From Lingula anatina (lineage: Eukaryota; Animalia; Brachiopoda): 64,000 bases of DNA. A program made the translations under genes and the position numbers. The notes under the pieces are model-generated. The model was not told where the DNA came from. It saw only the letters and a program-made list of their open reading frames with translations, and searched no databases. The stretch's first letter is position 1, and every line of letters begins with the position of its first letter. This document shows positions 54,576 to 64,000 of the stretch, in pieces. The stretch lies in contig CM120641.1 in assembly GCA_051362555.1 (NCBI GenBank), forward strand, positions 36,400,401 through 36,464,400. The letters are read 5' to 3'.

Positions 54576-54813
54576 CAGTGGTGGATTTAAGGGGGTGCCA
54601 GGGGGTATTCCCCTCCCCCCTTGAAATTAGAATTTTGACTTAATGAATCATAGTTTTCAAACGCACCAAAGGGCACTACTGAGTACTTGCCACCTAAAAT
54701 ACCAAATTTTTTTGGGGCGCTTCAGCGGGGTCCAAACCCCACACTAAAGGGGGGAGGAGGGTCAACTTTGCATCTGTGGATCCCCAGTTCAAATAGTCCT
54801 GGATCACCCCCTG
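54576..54813. mobile_element. Degenerate MITE (about 238 bp) between the FIP promoter and the ETNPPL 3' end
   Basis: GC-rich island with G/C runs in AT-rich DNA; imperfect TIRs CAGTGGTGGATTTA / reverse complement CAGGGGGTGATCCA; flanks CACAG / CACGG resemble a 5-bp target duplication. Confidence 0.55.
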
Positions 54814-55225
54814 CACGGAACTAATTTTTTGAATCATTATGTGCTAGGGAAAACAATTTTCTCCTTTAATTTGGCAGTTTAAAAGAGTTGAAATGTATAA
54901 TTTTTCATAAGGTTACCAGGCAGGCTGAAGTAAAGAAAAGACATCTTTTTTCAAAACAATATACTTGTGAAACGCCTTTTGAAGATAACATTTTCATTGT
55001 CCAAAAAAAAGTCTTTATATATCTCCTTTGTATTTCAAGTTTAACCAAAACATATTGATACATATCTGTCATCAGAGAAAAGCACTTTTAATAATGTCCA
55101 AAAAAGGTAATAATAAGATATTAAACATTTCTTATTTTGCCACTTTAATTGTCACATTTCTGATGTTTTTCTAATATATTGAGTGACTTAAGAATAAGAG
55201 TTGGAAACACAAGTATATTGGTGAT

Positions 55226-55231
55226 TTTATT
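55226..55231 (-). terminator. Candidate polyadenylation signal of the ETNPPL-like gene
   Basis: AATAAA on - about 1.46 kb after the stop at 56693. Confidence 0.4.
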
Positions 55232-56692
55232 GCTCAGTACACATTAGTTTTACTTTACTCATACAGATATGTGTTCACTTTCATATCATAATATCTTATC
55301 ATGTTCTATAATCCAGTCATAGTAAACTTGACCACTCTCATTTAAAATTGTTCTCTCTTGTGGTCTGAAAATTATATAAAGATTTGCAAATTGTTAGCAA
55401 AATATTAAGTCTGTAAAATAACTACAAAGAAACTGATTCTAAGATTTATTTCATCATCAATATGATGACGTTTTCCAATGTGGCTGTAATAGATTTAACC
55501 AGCACAATCACAAAGTGGAGAAAACAAATACATCTAAATCAAAAAGGCAATATATAATCACCTTAAATTTTTTTATATCCTTTAAATTCATTTTGCATTG
55601 ACATTTGCATGTGTTTTGATTCCTTGCACCACCTTCTTGATACCTTCATTATGGTGTAAAATCATTTTAAAATTCAAGTTAAAAATTCGTGATCAGCACT
55701 TAATGTTATAAACCTCATGAGATAAAAGAACATATCTGTCCACCCGCACTCACATTTTGTGTGTAAAATTGGCACATAAAAAAATTGGTTTTGGACTTTT
55801 ATTTGTGTATGTGTAAAGAGAAATAGTAATGAGGGGCAGTATAAGTCAGGATTACGGCAGTACAGGACCTCAGATGACCAGGAAGATACCTACATTGTAC
55901 CATCTACAAATTGATTTTTCAATAGAAATTCACATATATGTCTCTGGCTAATTCACGGCACATTTCTCCACTGATGTGAGAGAAGAAAAGTATGTATAAT
56001 TAATCTGCGGCCCTGGTAGATTGTACCTACACTGTGTAAAATAGATGATCCAAATTCTTAGTTGACTTTGGGAGACTGCCAACCTGAATCGTTACATAAG
56101 CACCTCATAGGAGCTATACTAGTAAATAACTGGATTTCCAAAAATTAAAGATATTGAATAGTACAATTTAAATCAGAGTCAAGGTCTTGCATGCAAATGG
56201 CACTTAAAGAACAGACTTCTGATCACAGCTATACAAGCACATACAATAGGGTGCTTAATTCAAGCTTTTTAGGATTTCTGTAGCCCGCTCAACATTCAGA
56301 ATTATTTATAAATGCATCTTTGTGTAATAATTTGTTAGTATCAATATATAACTAATTACTGAAAATACAGGAGGGCATAAAAAGGGTGACAATATGAAAC
56401 ATGGCCATGGTGAACTAGAAGTTTAGCTCATGGTGATTGTTGTGCCGAAAGACAATTTCTCATCAATAAATAATGTGCTTCACAAACATCCCATCCCCCC
56501 ACTTAATGCTTTAAAACAATGGATTAGAGAACTTCCTGACAGTATGATTACAATAAAAACACTTATACTCATTTATCATCATACACAATAGATGCCCTTA
56601 AATGCATTATTAAGTTTTGTAGGTATATATCCTGATACCTAGCTACACCAATGTCAACCTCTCTCAAAGATATTAGGATGCTGCATAACAAT

Positions 56693-63798
<7,106 letters not shown>

Positions 63799-64000
63799 TC
63801 ATAATTTCAGAGAAGATATTAATATGCTTGAACAAGAACTGATCTATCTTTATAAATTGTTATGTATACTGTACTATAAAAATGACAATTCCATTCAACC
63901 AAATTGATTAGGGACATTTGGGGTCAGTGAAGCCTTCTTTGTGCTTTGCCATTTGCCATAATTTGAGTGGCAAAATGTTTCTCATCACGGCGATTTTTCA

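Overview
AT-rich, intron-rich animal genomic DNA, probably from an invertebrate (lophotrochozoan-like; species cannot be fixed from the sequence). Four spliced protein-coding genes were reconstructed by hand with consistent intron phases: (1) the last three exons of Njmu-R1/C17orf75 on + (50-988); (2) a complete lethal(2) giant larvae (Lgl/LLGL) gene on - (ATG 27292, 26 coding exons, about 1141 aa); (3) a complete class II Rab11-FIP (RAB11FIP3/4, nuf-like) gene on - (ATG 53732, stop 33695, about 588 aa); (4) an ETNPPL/PHYKPL-family PLP phospho-lyase on - lacking only its 5' end (63703-56693). Most ORFs in the six-frame track are exon read-throughs or noise. The most interesting signals concern splicing. 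Lgl has a U12-type intron that contains a second, in-frame AT-type U12 donor closing a candidate Cys-rich alternative first exon. Lgl also has alternative C-termini, one with a PxIxIT-like motif. The FIP gene has a GC-AG first intron and a candidate EF-hand-less isoform. Small non-autonomous transposons (Helentron/HINE-like, hAT-like MITEs) and microsatellites are also present. No prokaryotic-type system, CRISPR array, rRNA or tRNA was seen.
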